From the NCBI RefSeq assembly GCF_963921235.1, contig NC_086108.1, positions 5,332,001 to 5,396,000 of the forward strand: a stretch of 64,000 nt of DNA. The letters run 5' to 3'. This document shows, piece by piece, positions 38,751 through 53,248 of this stretch. The notes beneath the pieces are model-generated. The model was not told the DNA's origin. It ran no database searches and saw only the letters and a program-made list of their open reading frames with translations. The translations under genes and the position numbers were made by a program. Position 1 is the first letter of the stretch, and each line of letters begins with the position of its first letter. This DNA is from Mobula hypostoma. Lineage: Eukaryota.

Positions 38751-39957
38751 GCTGATCTTCAACTATGATCTTACCCCTTCCAATGGCATCATTCCTGCTA
38801 AAGCAGACAGCTGTGAAAACAAATCAAACTTAAATTATCACGGCAAAATATTTGACTTTGATCATTTTAGGTGCTTTATTAAAACCATAACATTCTGGGA
38901 TATCATGTCCTGAATAAAAACTTACACAATCAGATTTATATTGCTCACCCACCTTTCTGATTGAATAGGCCAGGGATGATGTCATGAATTGGCAATCACC
39001 ATTTTCCTCCAATCAGCATTGAGTGGGGCAGCTCATTCCGAGTCAAGGGGTCGGGGCGGGGAAGAGTTGTCTCAGGAGCTAGCTCTCATTGGCCAGGGTT
39101 CAGTGACAACATTCAACCATTTGAACTTTTAGGAAGAAGTCGATATTTCAAATTTCCATGATTGTTATCAGCAGAAGCAACCTTGCAATCGGAAAGGAAA
39201 TAGTTTCAATGCAGGGTCTAGGGGGACATGGCGTGTGAAGTTGCCGGAGGCTCTGGGATTAAGGGGGGTGTAGCATCTGCAGATTATTTTCTGTTTAAGG
39301 GGGGTGCTGGCAGTGTGTTGGAGGAACTTTACATCTGCTTAACGTATGTAGCATGTTACATCCCTGCAATCAACAGCTCACTGTCTCTTGGGTCCACACA
39401 CCACCTCAGTCCGAATGAGGGCAAATTTGGGGTTTCAGTTCAGATAAAGTTTCACAGTTTTGTTCCTGATGTTTACTCTCTGTGTTACTAGAGGACAGGC
39501 AGTAATTTAAACTCTTTCATTTATAGAAGGACCTCCACTGTGCAAAGCACCATTTCTTGCAGTGATTATTGTGTAGAGACAGGCAGAGAGGCTCTGGGAG
39601 TCTCCAGACTGAAACAGTTCTAGAAGGGATAGGCGCCCACTATTACATACATCACCTATGTGAGAGTAGGCATATGGGAATGAGTGTATCGGTGTTTGTG
39701 TGTTACAATTCTGGAAGGAGTCGGTTTGGCCGTGTTGTGGAGTTAGTGTATATAGCAAATATTAACTTCACCAGCAAGCAATCTTCAGACATGAATGTGG
39801 ATTGCAGATTGAATTGAAAACACAGCTCGGAACAATGGGCTTCCTGGAGCTTCAGGTTGGGCTGAATCACAAACAAAGAATGAATGTGGCCTAGTGTCTG
39901 TGGAGATTAACATTCATTTTGGGTGTCTGGAGTGTGGGTGCAAAGAAGGAGGTGTTT

Positions 39958-40770
39958 GGAAAGTGTATGGTTATACACCTTGGCAGAAGAAATAAACGGG
40001 CATACTATTATTTAAATAGGGAGAGAATTCAAAGTTCTGAGATGCAACGGGACTTGGGAGTCCTCGTGCAGGATACCCTTAAGGTTAACCTCTAGGTTGA
40101 GTCGGTGGTGAAGAAGGCGAATGCAATGTTGGCACTCATTTCTAGAGGAATAGAGTATAGGATCAGGGATGTGATGTTGAGGCTCTATAAGGCGCTGGTG
40201 AGACCTCACTTGGAGTACTGTGGGCAGTTTTGGTCTCCTTATTTAAGAAAGGTTGTGCTGATGTTGGAGAGGGTACAGAGAAGATTCACTAGAATGATTC
40301 TGGGAATGAGAGGGTTAACATATAAGGAACGTTTGTCCGCTCTTGGACTGTATTCCTTGGAGTTTAGAAGAATGAGGGGAGACCTCATAGAAACATTTCG
40401 AATGTTGAAAGGCATGGACAGAGTGGATGTGGCAAAGTTGTTTCCCATGATGGGGGAGTCTAGTATGAGAGGGTATGACTTAAGGATTGAAGGGTACCCA
40501 TTCAGAACAGAGATGCAAAAAAATTTTTTTAGCCAGAGGGTGGTGAATCTATGGAATTTGTTGCCACAGGCAGCAGTGGAGGCCAAGTCATTGGGTGTAT
40601 TTAAGGCAGAGATTGATAGGTATCTGAGTAGCCAGGGCATCAAAGGTTATGGTGAGAAGGTGGGGGAGTGGGACTAAATGGGAGAATGGCTCAGCTCATG
40701 ATAAAATGGCGGAGCAGACTCGATGGGCCAAATGGCCGACTTCTGCTCCTTTGTCCTATGTTCTTATGGA
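39958..40770 (+). mobile_element. CR1 3' fragment (ORF 40105-40677)
   Basis: LVRPHLEYCGQFWSPY..LERVQRRF..FFSQRVVNLWN; CR1 3' UTR. Confidence 0.9.
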
Positions 40771-40809
40771 ATTATGGTTTGAAAACTGTATGTAATTCAA
40801 AGGAAGCAT

Positions 40810-41011
40810 TGTAGATACCTAGTAACAATAGAATTACCCTGTTGTTACCTTTGATCTTGGCAATATGAGAATGTCATGTAATATTGGGTTGGGCAGGACT
40901 CTTCTTCCAAGAGTGTCTCAATATGATGCCTGTATACACACTATTCTGCAATAAAGGCTTCCATAGCCACTCGCTTCAGTCTCTCGAGTGACTTTGTTCA
41001 CAGTTACAACA
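40810..41011 (+). mobile_element. Possible solo LTR
   Basis: About 200 bp with TGT...TACAACA termini and an internal AATAAA; no clear TSD. Confidence 0.3.
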
Positions 41012-41114
41012 GATTAGATAACTACTACGACATTAGCCACTTTTTAATGTTTGTGTTTTATATTTCTTCAAAGAATAGATAACTAGATTAGCCGTGTAAT
41101 AAGCCGCTTAAAGG

Positions 41115-41302
41115 GCAGTGTGGTAGCGTAATGGTTAGCACAATGGTTTACAGTACAGGCAACCCGGGTTCAATTCCCGCCACTGTCTGGAAAGAGTTTG
41201 TACACTCTCCCCGTGATGTGTGGGTTTCCTCCAGGTGCCCCTGTTTCCTCCCACAGTCCCGTGATCCAATCAGGGCGGCTGGGTGACTGCATCTCAATAA
41301 AT
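41115..41302 (+). mobile_element. V-SINE (HE1-like)
   Basis: Head 'tggtagcgtaatggttagc..gggttcaattccc'; V domain. Confidence 0.8.
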
Positions 41303-41319
41303 ATATAATAAAAGTTACT

Positions 41320-41421
41320 CTGCGTGTGAGTGTGTCTGTAGGTGTATGTGAATGAGTGTGTGTGTTTGTGTGTGTGTGCGCGCGCACACGCATGCGTTTG
41401 TCCACCTGCGTATGAGTGTAC

Positions 41422-41463
<42 letters not shown>

Positions 41464-41472
41464 CTGCGTGTG
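41320..41472. repeat. (TG)n microsatellite
   Basis: Direct inspection. Confidence 0.95.
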
Positions 41473-41487
41473 GCACTTCAAACTTTC

Positions 41488-41493
41488 TTTATT
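41488..41493 (-). promoter_or_regulatory. Candidate polyadenylation signal for the TTC9B-like gene
   Basis: AATAAA on the minus strand about 1.1 kb downstream of the stop codon; the first such signal I noticed after the stop. Confidence 0.35.
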
Positions 41494-42590
41494 TGGGATG
41501 GGGTGGAGTAAAAGTTCATGTTGGTCATATCTGAGGTCAGTTCACTGACTTGATGGTCCTTCAAGCAGCTTGGGGATCTTGGACAAAGTTGTTGCGACCG
41601 CGGTCATGGCACGCACCGGGAACGCCACACTCCACAGCCGCTCACCCCAGCAGCAACGCCTCTGCCTGAGCTCTCTATCAGCTAGGGGGGACTGACTTGC
41701 ACTGCCTTTCACACAGGGCACTCTCCATTGGCATTCTTATGATGGGCAGTCACTGTGGTGGTGGTGTGGGAGACATAGCAGCCAAAATGTGGAGAGCAAG
41801 ATCCCACGGACAGTAATATGATCAGAACCAGATCTCTTGTTCTCTGCCTAAGAGAACATACTGTGTTTTCTAAAATACGCCCTGGAATTTTTCACATCTG
41901 CCCAAGAGAACAGGGAGGCCCTTGGGACTTTGCCCAGGAGGCAACATCAGATGGGGTGAGTAGCACCCCCTCAGTACCAGCCGATACAGCTGTGCTCCAG
42001 TTCCAAGCGGGGCATGAACCCACAACGTGCAGTTGCTGTTTTCCAGGCTCCCATGATCATGAATAAATGAGATACCCCAACCTGCAGAAACAGGTTATGG
42101 ACTGTGGCAGGCTGTTGGATGGGCCAAAGACCCTAAGTGATTCTTGCTTTCTAGACATTAAGTATTCTTCCTTCTTCCTCATGACTAAATGCTCTACCTC
42201 TCTTGTCAGCCATGGTCCCTTCACCCTACCATCCTCGCCCTGTCTCAGTGGGGCAAACCTATCCAGACCCCCCTGAACAACCTCCACATTTCTGCAAGGC
42301 AGATCGCAGGTCCAACCCAGAGGTGAACACTGAAATCCCCAGTTAGATACAAGTTATTATCAAGGGTCCAATCCAGAGGTTAACACCAAAATCCCCCGTT
42401 AGATACAAGTTATTAACGTCCATATGGATGCAGCACCCTCCCCAGCCTCCAGACATCACCCACCACCCCAAAGACACCAGTCAGATTTCTTGTTTTGAAA
42501 CCAGTGGCCCGAAGTTTGACGTTTCTTTTTGTCGAAGTTAGATCCATGCAGTGCCGGCGGAGAGAATGTTTGCGACTGTGTCACGTTCCA

Positions 42591-42685
42591 TTAGCCAACC
42601 ATCTCCTTATAGCCCTCCTGCTCCCGCTGGTTGGACCGGTTCATCTTGATCTCCGTCAGCTGAATATATCGGAACACGTTTGTAT
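42591..42685 (-). CDS. TTC9B: TTC9B-like tetratricopeptide repeat protein, last coding exon
   Basis: Acceptor ttctctccacAG, phase 1. Encodes (D)TNVFRYIQLTEIKMNRSNQREQEGYKEMVG*, matching the TTC9-family C-terminus DTNV.RYIQLT..K, and in phase with the upstream exon. Not in the ORF track. Confidence 0.9.
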
Positions 42686-42734
42686 CTGTGGAGAGAACAC
42701 AACGGACGAGGCGCACTGCAGAACCAGACTCATC

Positions 42735-45700
42735 ACTGGGAAACAAGGCAATGAACCTGGCCAGGCGGGGGACCTCTCAGTGCGTGAGCACTTTGGAGAC
42801 AGTGACCACAACTCCCTGACCTTTACCATAGCCAAGGATGAGAACAGGAGTGGCTTGTATGGGAAAGTACTTAATTGTGGAGTGGCTTATCACAATGGTA
42901 TGGAGCAAGGATGTAATGTTGAGGCTTTATAAGGCATTGGTCAGGCCACACTTGCAGTTTTGGCCCCCTTGTCTTTGAAAGGATGTACTGGCATTGGAGA
43001 AGGTCCAGAGGTTCATCAGAATGATCCCAGGAATGAAAGGGTTAATATACAAGGAGTGTTTGATGGCTCTGGGTCTGGACTCTCTGACGTTCAGAAGAAC
43101 GAGGTGATGGGGAGGCGGGATCTCACTGACACCTATTGAATATTGAAGGGCCTCGATTGAGTGGATGTGGAGAAGATGTTTCCTATGGAGAGGGAGTCTA
43201 GAACCAGAGGGAACAGCCTCAGAAGAGACTGGCTGAGCAGAGCATTTTGCCCAGGCTGCATCACTGTCTGGAATGGGGTGGGGACTACTGCACCGGACCG
43301 AAAGAAGCTGCAGAGGGTTATAAATTTAGTCGGCTCCATCTTGGGTACTAGCCTACAAAGTACCCAGGACATCTTCAAACAGCGGTGTCTCAGAAAGGCA
43401 GCATCCATTATTAAGGACCTCCAGCACCCAGGGCATGTCCTTTTCTCACTGTTACCATCAGGTAGGAGGTACAGAAGCCTGAAGACACACACTCAGTGAT
43501 TCAGGATCAGCTTCTTCCCCTCTGCCATCCGATTCCTAAATGGACATTGAACTCTTGAACACTACCTCACTTTTTAAATATATATTATTTCTGTTTTTGC
43601 ATGATTTTTAATCTATTCAATATATGTAATTGATTTACTTAGTTATTTATTATTATATTTTTCTTCTATATTATGCGTTGCATTGAACTGTTGCTGCGAA
43701 GTTAACAAATTTCACATCGCATGCCGGTGATAATAAACCTGATTCTGATTCTGAATAGAGAGGGGTCGTTTTAGAATAGAGATTAGGAGGAGTTTCTTTA
43801 GCCAGAGAGTGGCGAATCTGTGGAATTTATTTCCACTGACGGCTGTGGAGGTTAAGTCATTGGGGCAGAGTTTGATAGGTTGTCGATTAGTCAGGACGTC
43901 AAAGGTTATGGAGAGAAGGCAGGAGAATGGGGTTGAGGAATAATAACGGAATGGTGGAGCAGACTCAATGGGCTGAATGGCCTAATTCTGCTCCTATGTT
44001 TTATGGTCTTATGGCAGGAATTGGGAGCATAAATTGGGAACGGATGTTCTCAGGAAATATGGAGGTTGTTTAAGGAGCATTTGCATGGGGTTCTGAATAG
44101 GCTGGTCCCACTGAGACCAGGAGATGAAAGATGGGTAAAGGAACCATGGTTGACAAGAGGGATGGAACAGGGAAAAAAAAGGAAGCATACTTACAGTTTA
44201 GGAAGCAAAGATCAAACAGGGCACTTGAGAATGATCAGTTTGCCAGGAAGGAGCTTAGGAAGGACATAAGAGAGCTGGAAGGAATCATGAGAATTCCTTG
44301 GCAAGTAGGATTATGGAAAGTTCCAAGTCGTTCTGCATGTGCATGCAGCCATGAGGGTAAGACCAACCAGGGATAAAAAAGGGAGATGTGCCTGGGGCTG
44401 GAGGAGATAGGGGAGCTCCTTAATGAATGCTTTATTTCAGTGAGAGGGGCCTTGATCAAAGTGAGGTCTGCATGGAGCAGGCTAACGTGCCGGAACATGT
44501 TGAGATTAAGGAAGAGACAATGTTGGAACTTTGAAGAACATTCAGATAAATAATGCAGACAGACATACCCCTGGGATATGGGAAGGGAGGGAAGAGATTT
44601 CTGCACCATTGGCAGTGATCTTTGCATCCTCACTGGCCGCGGGGGCAGTACCGGAAGATTGGAGAGTGACAAATGTTACTCCTTTGTTCCAGAAAGGTAT
44701 AGGGATAATCCTGTAAACTGAGTCTTAGGTCAGTGGTGGACAAACTATTGGAGAGGTTTCCTAAGGACAGATTTACAAGCATTTGCAGAAGCAAAGCAAT
44801 ACACACAGAATGCTGAAGAAACTCGGCAGGTCAGGCAGCGTCTACAGAAATAGATAAACAGTTAAAGTTTCAGGCCGGAACCCTTCTTCAGGACTGGAAG
44901 AGAAGGGGGAAGATGTCAGGATAAAAAGGTGGGGGGGAGGGGAAAGAGGCTAGTTGGAAGGTGATGGGTGGGAACAGTTAAGGGCTGGAGAAGAAGGAAT
45001 CTGAGGGGAGAGAGAGTGAACCATAGGAGAACAGGGAAGGAGGAGGGGACCTGGGGGAAGTGGGGGGGGGGCATTTTTTACCAGGAGAAGCATAATTTGA
45101 TTGGGGATAGTCAGCATAGCTTTGTGAGGGGCAGGTCATGCCTCACAAACCTGACCGACTTTTTTCGAGGTGTTTACAAAACAAATTGATGAAGGTAAAG
45201 TGATGGGATGTGGTGTATATGCATTTCAGTAAGATGTCCGACAACCTTCCCCATGGAACACTCATCCAGAAAGTCACAGGTATGGGATTGAAGGAAACTT
45301 GGCTTTATGGATTGCGGAGGATTGGCAGAGGGTGGCAGTAGATGGAACGTATCCTGCCTGGAGGCCCGTGACCAGTAGGGTTCCTCAGGGGTCTGTCCTT
45401 GGAGCCCTGTGATTTTTGTGATCTTTATAACTAACTGGGATCAGGAAGTGGAAGGATGGGTTAGTAAGTTTGCAGATGACACTGAGGGTGGAGCAGTTGT
45501 GGATAATGTAGGTTGCTATAGGTTCCACAGGATATGGGACAGGACATCTGCAGAGATATTGGCAAATGGAGTTCGATGCAGAGAAGTGTGAAGCGATACA
45601 GTTTGGAAGCTCACTTGAAGGCGGAGTACAAGGATAATCACGGGATTCTTAGCAGTCTTAGAGTCACAGAGCATCTCGTACAAGCGAGCCTGGTTTTCTG

Positions 45701-46620
45701 CCTGGTCCCACCTACCTGCATCCAGACCATGGCCCTTCATCACCCTCGCATCTTTGTAACTACCCAAACTGCTCTTAAATGCTGCAGTTGACCCACAACT
45801 ACCACTTCCTCTGGCAGCTGGAAGTGTGGAGGAACAGAGGGACCTTGAAGTCTACCAAAAACCCTCAATCCCCTCAAAACTGCTGTGCAAGCTGAGAGGG
45901 TGGTCAAGAAGGCGTGTGGTGTGTTGGCCTTCATTAGTCAGGAGATTTCATTCAAGAGCCACAAAAATAGTATTGCAGCTCTATAAAACTCTGGTTAGGC
46001 CGCACTTGGAGTATTGTGTTCATTTCTGATGGCCTCATCATAGAAAGGATGTGGAAGCTTTAGAGAGGGTGCAGAGGAGATTTACCAGGATATTGTCTGG
46101 ATTAAAGGGCATGTCTTATGAGGAGAGGTCGAGCGAGCCGGGGCTTTTCCCTTTTGGAGTGAAGGATATGAGAGATGACTTGATAGAAGTGTACAAGATG
46201 ATACGAGGCATAGAGGCACTGTACTACTGCCGCATAACAATAAAATTCATGACATATGTCAGTGATATTAATTCTGATTCTGATTCTGATCGAGTGCACG
46301 GCCAGAGAGTTTTCTCCCAGGGTGGAAATGGCTAATTCCTGTGGACATGATGTTAAGGTGATGGGAGGGAAGTATAGTGGGGGATATCAGATATAAACTT
46401 TTTACACAGAGAGTGGTGGGTGTGTGGAACACCCTCCCAGGGGGTGGTGGTAGAGGCAGATACATTAGGGACATTTCAGAAACTCTTAGATGGGCAGACG
46501 AATGATAGAAAAATGGAGGGTTATGTGGGAGGGAAGGGTAAGATTGAACTTAGAGTGGGTTTAAAGGTCATCACAACATTGCGGGCCGAAGGGCCTGTAC
46601 TCTGCTGTAATGTCCTGTGA
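42735..46620 (+). mobile_element. Fragmented and nested CR1 copies with Rex (43225-43752) and Penelope (about 44795-45065) inserts, within TTC9B intron 2
   Basis: Scattered CR1 ORF2 pieces (DSDHN, VPEDWRV, QHSFVRGRSCLTNL, KFADD, PHLEYC). The Rex insert ends in (GATTCT)n. Confidence 0.75.
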
Positions 46621-46783
46621 TCTACATGCAGGACAAAGTTTTTAACAGAGAGAGAGAGAGGTGGGTGCCTGGTATGTACCACCACAGTTGGTGGCGTTGA
46701 AGAAGCTTTGAGTCAGACACATCAGTATATTGGGAGTGGAAGAATAAAGTCTAGGGGCAGGCAGAAGAGATCTAGTTTAATTA

Positions 46784-47212
<429 letters not shown>

Positions 47213-47221
47213 TCAAGGAAA

Positions 47222-48352
47222 GAACATAGAACGTGGAAGAGTACAGCACAGGAACAGGCCATTCGGCCCACAATGTTGTGCTGAACCAGCTATAAAGTAA
47301 ATCAAAAACACACAAACACTAATCCCTCCTCCCTACATCATGTCCATATCCCTCCATCTTCCTCACATCCATGTGTCTCTCCAAATGTCTCTTAAAAACC
47401 TCTAATGTATTTGCCTCTACCACCAGACCATGCAGCACATTCCAGGCATCCACCACTCTCTGAGTAAAAAACTTACCCCTCACATCCCCCTTGAACCTAC
47501 CCCCTCTCACCCTCAATGCATGCCCTCTGGTATTAGACATTTCTACCCTGGGAAACAGGGAATCTCTGTCCACTCGATCTATGTCTCTCATAGTCTTATA
47601 AACCTCTATCAGATCTTCCCTCAGCCTCTGACACTCCAGAGAAAACAACCCAAGTTTATCCTGCCTCTCATGATAGCACATACTCTCTAAACCAGGCAGC
47701 ATCCTGGTAAACCTCTTCTGCACCCTCTCCAAGGCCTCAACATCCTTCCTCTAGTGGGGCGACAAGAACTGTACGCATTACTCCAGATGTGGGCACGTGG
47801 CCAAGAGGTTAAGGCATTGGACTAGCGACCTGAAGGTCCTGAGTTCGAGCCCCAGCCAAGGCAACGTGTTGTGTCCTTGAGCAAGGCACTTAACCACACA
47901 TTGCTCTGCGACGACACCGGTGCCAAGCTGTATGGGTCCTAATGCCCTTCCCTTGGACAGCATCAGTGTTGTGGAGAGGGGAGACTTGCAGCACGGGCAA
48001 CTGCTGGTCTTCCATACAATCTTGCCCAGGCCTGCGCCCTGGAGAGTGAAGATTTTCCAAGCGCAGATCCATGGTCTCGCAAGACTAACAGCCTAACCAG
48101 AGTTCTATAAAGTTGCAATATTATCTCCTGACTTTTGAACTCAATGTCTTGACTATTAAAAACAAGCATTCCTTCCATAAACTTTCCATGCGGCTTTTTA
48201 ACCACCTCACCGACCTGTGTAGCCACTTTCAAGGGGCAATGAGCTTGGATCCCAAGATCTCTCTGCTCAGCAACACTGATAAATACCTTCCTTTAACAGT
48301 GTACCGTCTGCTTACATTTGCCCCCCCCCAAGGTGCAGCACCTCACATTTAT
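47222..48352 (-). mobile_element. CR1 3' fragment interrupted by a tRNA-SINE
   Basis: ORF 47319-47732; CR1 sequence resumes after 48095. Confidence 0.85.
47790..48095 (+). mobile_element. tRNA-derived CORE-like SINE
   Basis: A box TGGCCAAGAGG, B box GTTCGAGCC; homologous to 26140-26452. Confidence 0.85.
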
Positions 48353-49552
48353 CTGAATTTACCATCACATCCACGAGAACACGGGTGGCACGGCAACGTA
48401 AAACGTTACAGCATCTGCGACCCAGGTTCAATTCCCACCACTGCGCTGGGGGGCGGGGGGAGGCGCGTGGAATAATCCTTTGTGTGGTGGGGTAGAGATA
48501 CTAAGGTCCCTACCAAAGGAGGTGTGAGGTGCTCCTTCCCTCTGCTAGGCTGCAGGTCACCCTGTAGCGCCTGCCTACCCCTCCCGCCCGGACACTCTCT
48601 CCCACGGGGCAGAAGATACAAGAGTCTGAAAGCGACACCACCAGGCTCCAGAACAGCTCCTGTAATCAGAGTCCTGAACGGACCTCTCCTATGATAAGGT
48701 GGACTCCTGGTTTACCTTATTCGAGCTCAATGCACCCCGCAATGATTTATCTGTATGAGCAGCTTTTCACTCTATCTCAGTACACGTGACAATATTTAAC
48801 CGGTGCAGTACAAGGCATGGACATGGGGTTCTGCCGATGTTAGAAATTTGGGCAACACACACAAAATGGAGGAACTGAGTAAATCAGGTAGTACCTATGG
48901 AGGGGAGTAAATGGTTGACGTCTCGGGCCAAAACCCTTCATCAGCACTGCGACATAGAAGCAAGGATGTAATGCTGAGGCTTTATAAAGCACTGGCAAGG
49001 CCTCACTTGGAGTACTGTGCACAGTTTTGGGCCCCTTATCTAAGAAAAGATGTGTTCAGGGTTCAGTTCCGATGTTGTCTGTGCGGAATCTGCATCCCCG
49101 TGGAATGCAAGGATTTTCTCAGTGTGCTCCGGTTTCCTCCCACAGTCCAGAGACGAACCGGTTAATCAGTTAATTGGTCATTGTAAATTGCCCTGTGATT
49201 AGACCAGGGTTAAATAGGTGGTTACCCGGGAGCTCGGCTCCAGGGGCCAGAAGGGATTGTTCCACACTGTATCTCAATCAGTCCATAAACAAACAAACAA
49301 GCACAAATGAGAAAGAAGCAAACAATTCATCTTTAGCATATATGTGGTCCATTCGAGAGTGTGATAGAAGCCCAGTGACGCGTGCTTTCAGGTTTGCCCG
49401 AGGGGAGAGGGGAGAATGCCCGCGATGAGTGAGGCTGCTTTCCTGAAGAAGCTGGAAGTGTAGACGGAGTCAATGGAAGGAAGGCTCTCTCGGCAGTTCT
49501 TTGCGGTCACAGACAGAGCAGTTACCATATCAAGCCATGATGCATCGGATAA

Positions 49553-50038
49553 CATAGTCATAGTCATACTTCATCGATCCCGAGGGAAATTGGTTTTCGG
49601 TACAGTTGCGCCAACCAAGAATAGAGTATAGATATAGCCATATAAAACCATAAATAATTAAATAGTATTATGTAAATGCCAGGAAATAAGTCCAGGACCA
49701 GCCTATTGGCTCAGGGTGTCTGACCCTCCAAGGGAGGAGTTGTAAAGTTTGATGGCCACAGGCAGGAATGACTTCCTATGACGCTCTGTGCTGCATCTTG
49801 GTGGAATGAGTCTCTGGCTGAATGTACTCCTGTGCCCACCCAGTACATTATGTAGTGGATGGGAGACATTGTCCAAGATGGCATGCAACTTGGACAGCAT
49901 CCTCTTTTCAGACACCACCGTCAGAGAGTCCAGTTCCATCCCCACAACATCACTGGCCTTACGAATGAGTTTGTTGGTTCTGTTGGTGTCTGCCACCCTC
50001 AGCCTGCTGCCCCAGCACACAACAGCAAACATGATCGC
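49553..50038 (-). mobile_element. Rex1/Babar LINE 3' fragment, near-identical to 6437-6800
   Basis: ORF 49703-50083 shares AIMFAVVCWGSRL...GGSDTLSQ; (ATGACT)n tail. Confidence 0.9.
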
Positions 50039-50495
50039 ACAAGGTGCTTTCTGTGGTGCAACTGTAAAAACTGGGATATGCAAATTTCCTTAGCCTTCGC
50101 TGAAGTAGAGGCACGGTGTGATTTCTTGGCCATAGTGTCTGAGCTATGTAACAGAGCAATCTGATGGTGGCAGTTACACTCAAGGGTTTGAAGCTAACTT
50201 GTTTATTTGTAGGACTGACAATCGCTGGTGATAACTCTCTGTCCTGAACTGCCACTGAACTCAGCAGGCAACTAAAAGTCAACGGATTGTTGGGTCTGGG
50301 CCCAGGACAGATCTTCTGAAATACTAATTTAAGGTTACTGGCACTCCCCACCGCAAGTGTGGGGAAAGCCAGCCTTGGATAACTAAGGAAATAAAAGATA
50401 GTATCAAATTAAAAGCTCATGTGTACAAAGTCGCAAAGATTAGTGGGAGATTGGAGGATTGGGAAAACTTTAAAAAGCAACAGAGAACAACTTAA

Positions 50496-51834
50496 CTATG
50501 GAAAGTATTCTTAGAGATGGTATATATAATTATCTGGATAGACTGGGTCTGATTAGGAACAGTCAACATGGATTTGTGCGTGGAAGGTCATGTTTGACAA
50601 ATCTTATTGAATTTTTTGAAGAGCTTACTAGAAAAGTTGACGAGGGTACAGTGGTGGATGTTGTCTATATGGACTTCAGTAAGGCCTTTGACAAGGTTCC
50701 ACACGGAAGGTTGGTTAGGAAGGTTCAGTCATTAGGTATGAGTATTGAAGTAGTAAAATGGATTCAGCAGTGGCTGGATGGGAGACGCCAGAGAGTGGTG
50801 ATGGATAACCGTTCATCAGATTGGAGGCCATTGACTAGTGGTGTGCCTCAGGGATCTGTACTGGGTCCAATGTTGTTTGTCATATATATTAATGATCTGG
50901 ATGATGGGGTGGTAAATTGGATTAGTAAGTATGCAGATGATACTAAGATAGGTGGAGTTGTGGATAATGAAGTAGGTCTTCAAAGCTTGCAGAGAGATTT
51001 AGGCCAGTTAGAAGAGTGGGCTGAAAGATGGCAGATGGAGTTTAATGTTACATTTTGGTAGGACTAATCAAACTAGGACATACACGGTAAATGGTAGGGC
51101 ATTGAAGAATGCAGTAGAACAGAGGGATCTAAGAATAATGATGCATAGTTCCCTGAAGGTGGAATCTCATGTGGATAGGGTGGTGAAGAAAGCTTTTGGT
51201 ATGCTGGCCTTTATAAATCAGAGCATTGAGTATAGGAGTTAGGATGTAATGTTGAAATTGTACAAGGCATTGGTGAGGCCAAATTTGGAGTATTGTGTAC
51301 AGTTTTGGTCACCGAATTATAGGAAAGATGTCAACAAGTTAGAGAGAGTAGAGAGAAGATTTACTAGAATGTTACCTGGGTTTAATCACCTAAGTTACAG
51401 AGAAAGGTTGAACAAGTTGGGTCTTTATTCTTTGGAGCGTAGAAGGTTGAGGGGGGACTTGATAGAGGTATTTAAAATTATGAGGGGGATAGATAGAGTT
51501 GACGTAGATAGGCTTTTTCCATTGCGAGTAGGGGAGATTCAAACAAGAGGACATGAGTTGAGAGTTAAAGGGCAAAAGTTTAGGGGTAACATGAGGGGGA
51601 ACTTCTTTACTCAGAGAGTGGTAGCTCTGTGGAACGAGCTTCTAGCAGAAGTGGTTGAGGCAGGTTTGATGTTGTCGTTTAAAGTTAAATTGGATAGATA
51701 TATGGACAGGAAAGGAATGGAGGGTTATGGGCTGAGTGCAGGTCGGTGGGACTAAGTGAGAATAAGAGTTCGGCACGGACTAGAAGGGCCGAGATGGCCT
51801 GTTTCCGTGCTGTAATTGTTATATGGTTACATGG
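50496..51834 (+). mobile_element. Nested young CR1 (same subfamily as 22096-24965)
   Basis: ORFs 50498, 51045 and 51249 are nearly identical to ORF 22189-23841; tail tatggttacatgg. Confidence 0.9.
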
Positions 51835-53248
51835 TTAAACAAGAAATAAGGAAAGGGAAGATAGAGTGTGAAAGTAAATTAGCACAAAATATAAAAACAG
51901 ATAGCAGAAGTTTTTATAAATATATTAAGCGGAAGAGGTTGGCTAAAGTCAATGTAGGTCCCTTGGAAGAAGGAGAAGGGGAAATTGTTATTGGGTGATA
52001 AGGAAATGGGTGAGGCATTGAACAACTATTTTGTGTCAGTCTTCACAGTGGAGGACACGTCTAATATGCCAAAGAAGGATGTTATGGACGAAATGGGAGG
52101 TGAGGACCTCGATAAAATCACTGTCACTAAAGAGATAGTGATGAGCTAACTAGAGGGCCTGAAGGTAGATAAGTCCCCTGGTCCTGATGGGATGTATCCC
52201 AGGGTGCTGAAAGAATTGGCGGAGGTTATAGTAGACGTGTTGGTAATCATTTATCAATACTCTCTAGACTCTGGGCAGGTCCCGGCAGATTGAAAGACAG
52301 CAAATGTCACGCCGCTTTTTAAAAAACGATGTAGGCAAAAGATGGGCAACTATAGGCCAGTTAGCTTAACATCTGTAGTCGGGAAAATGCTTGAAGCTGT
52401 CATTAAGGAAGAAATAGCGAAACATTTAGAAAAGAGTGGCTCCATTAGACAGACGCAGCATGGATTCAGAAAGGGCAGGTCCTGTTTGACAAACTTACTG
52501 GAGTTCTTTGAGGACATAATGGGTGCAGTGAATAGAGGGGAACAGGTGGATGTCACATACTTGGATTTCCAGAAGGTGTTCGATAAGATGCCGCACAAGA
52601 GACTTATAAATAATATACGGATGCATGGAATCGGAGGAAGTGTATTGGCATGGATAGTGGATTGGTTAACCAATAGAAGACAGAGAGTTGGTATAAATGG
52701 GTGTTTCTCCAGTTGGCAGTCAGTGGAGAGTGGGGTGCCGCAGGGGTCGGTGCTGGGCCTGCAGCTGTTTACCATTTACATTGATGATTTGGAAGAGGGG
52801 ACTGAGTGTAGCGTAGCAAAATTTGCTGATGACACTAAACTGAGTGGAAAAGCAAATTGTACAGAGGATGTGGAGAGTGTGCAGAGGGATATAGATAGGT
52901 TAAGTGAGTGGGCCAAGGTCTGGTAGATGGAATACAACATTGGTAAATGTGAGATCATCCACTTTGCTGTTATGCAGAGGGACTTGGGAGTGCTTGTGCA
53001 TGAATCGCAAAAAGTTGGCTTGCAGGTACAACAGGTTACTAAGAAGGCAAACAGAATGTTGGCCTTCATTGCTAGAGGGATTGAATTCAAGAGCAGGGAA
53101 GTCATGCTGCGACTATACAGAGTACTGGTGAGGCTGCACCTGGAGTACTGTGTGCAGTTCTGGTCTCCATATTTGAGGAAAGATATACTGGCTTTGGAGG
53201 CAGTGCAGAGGAGGTTCACCAGGTTGATTCCAGGAATGAAAGGGTTAA

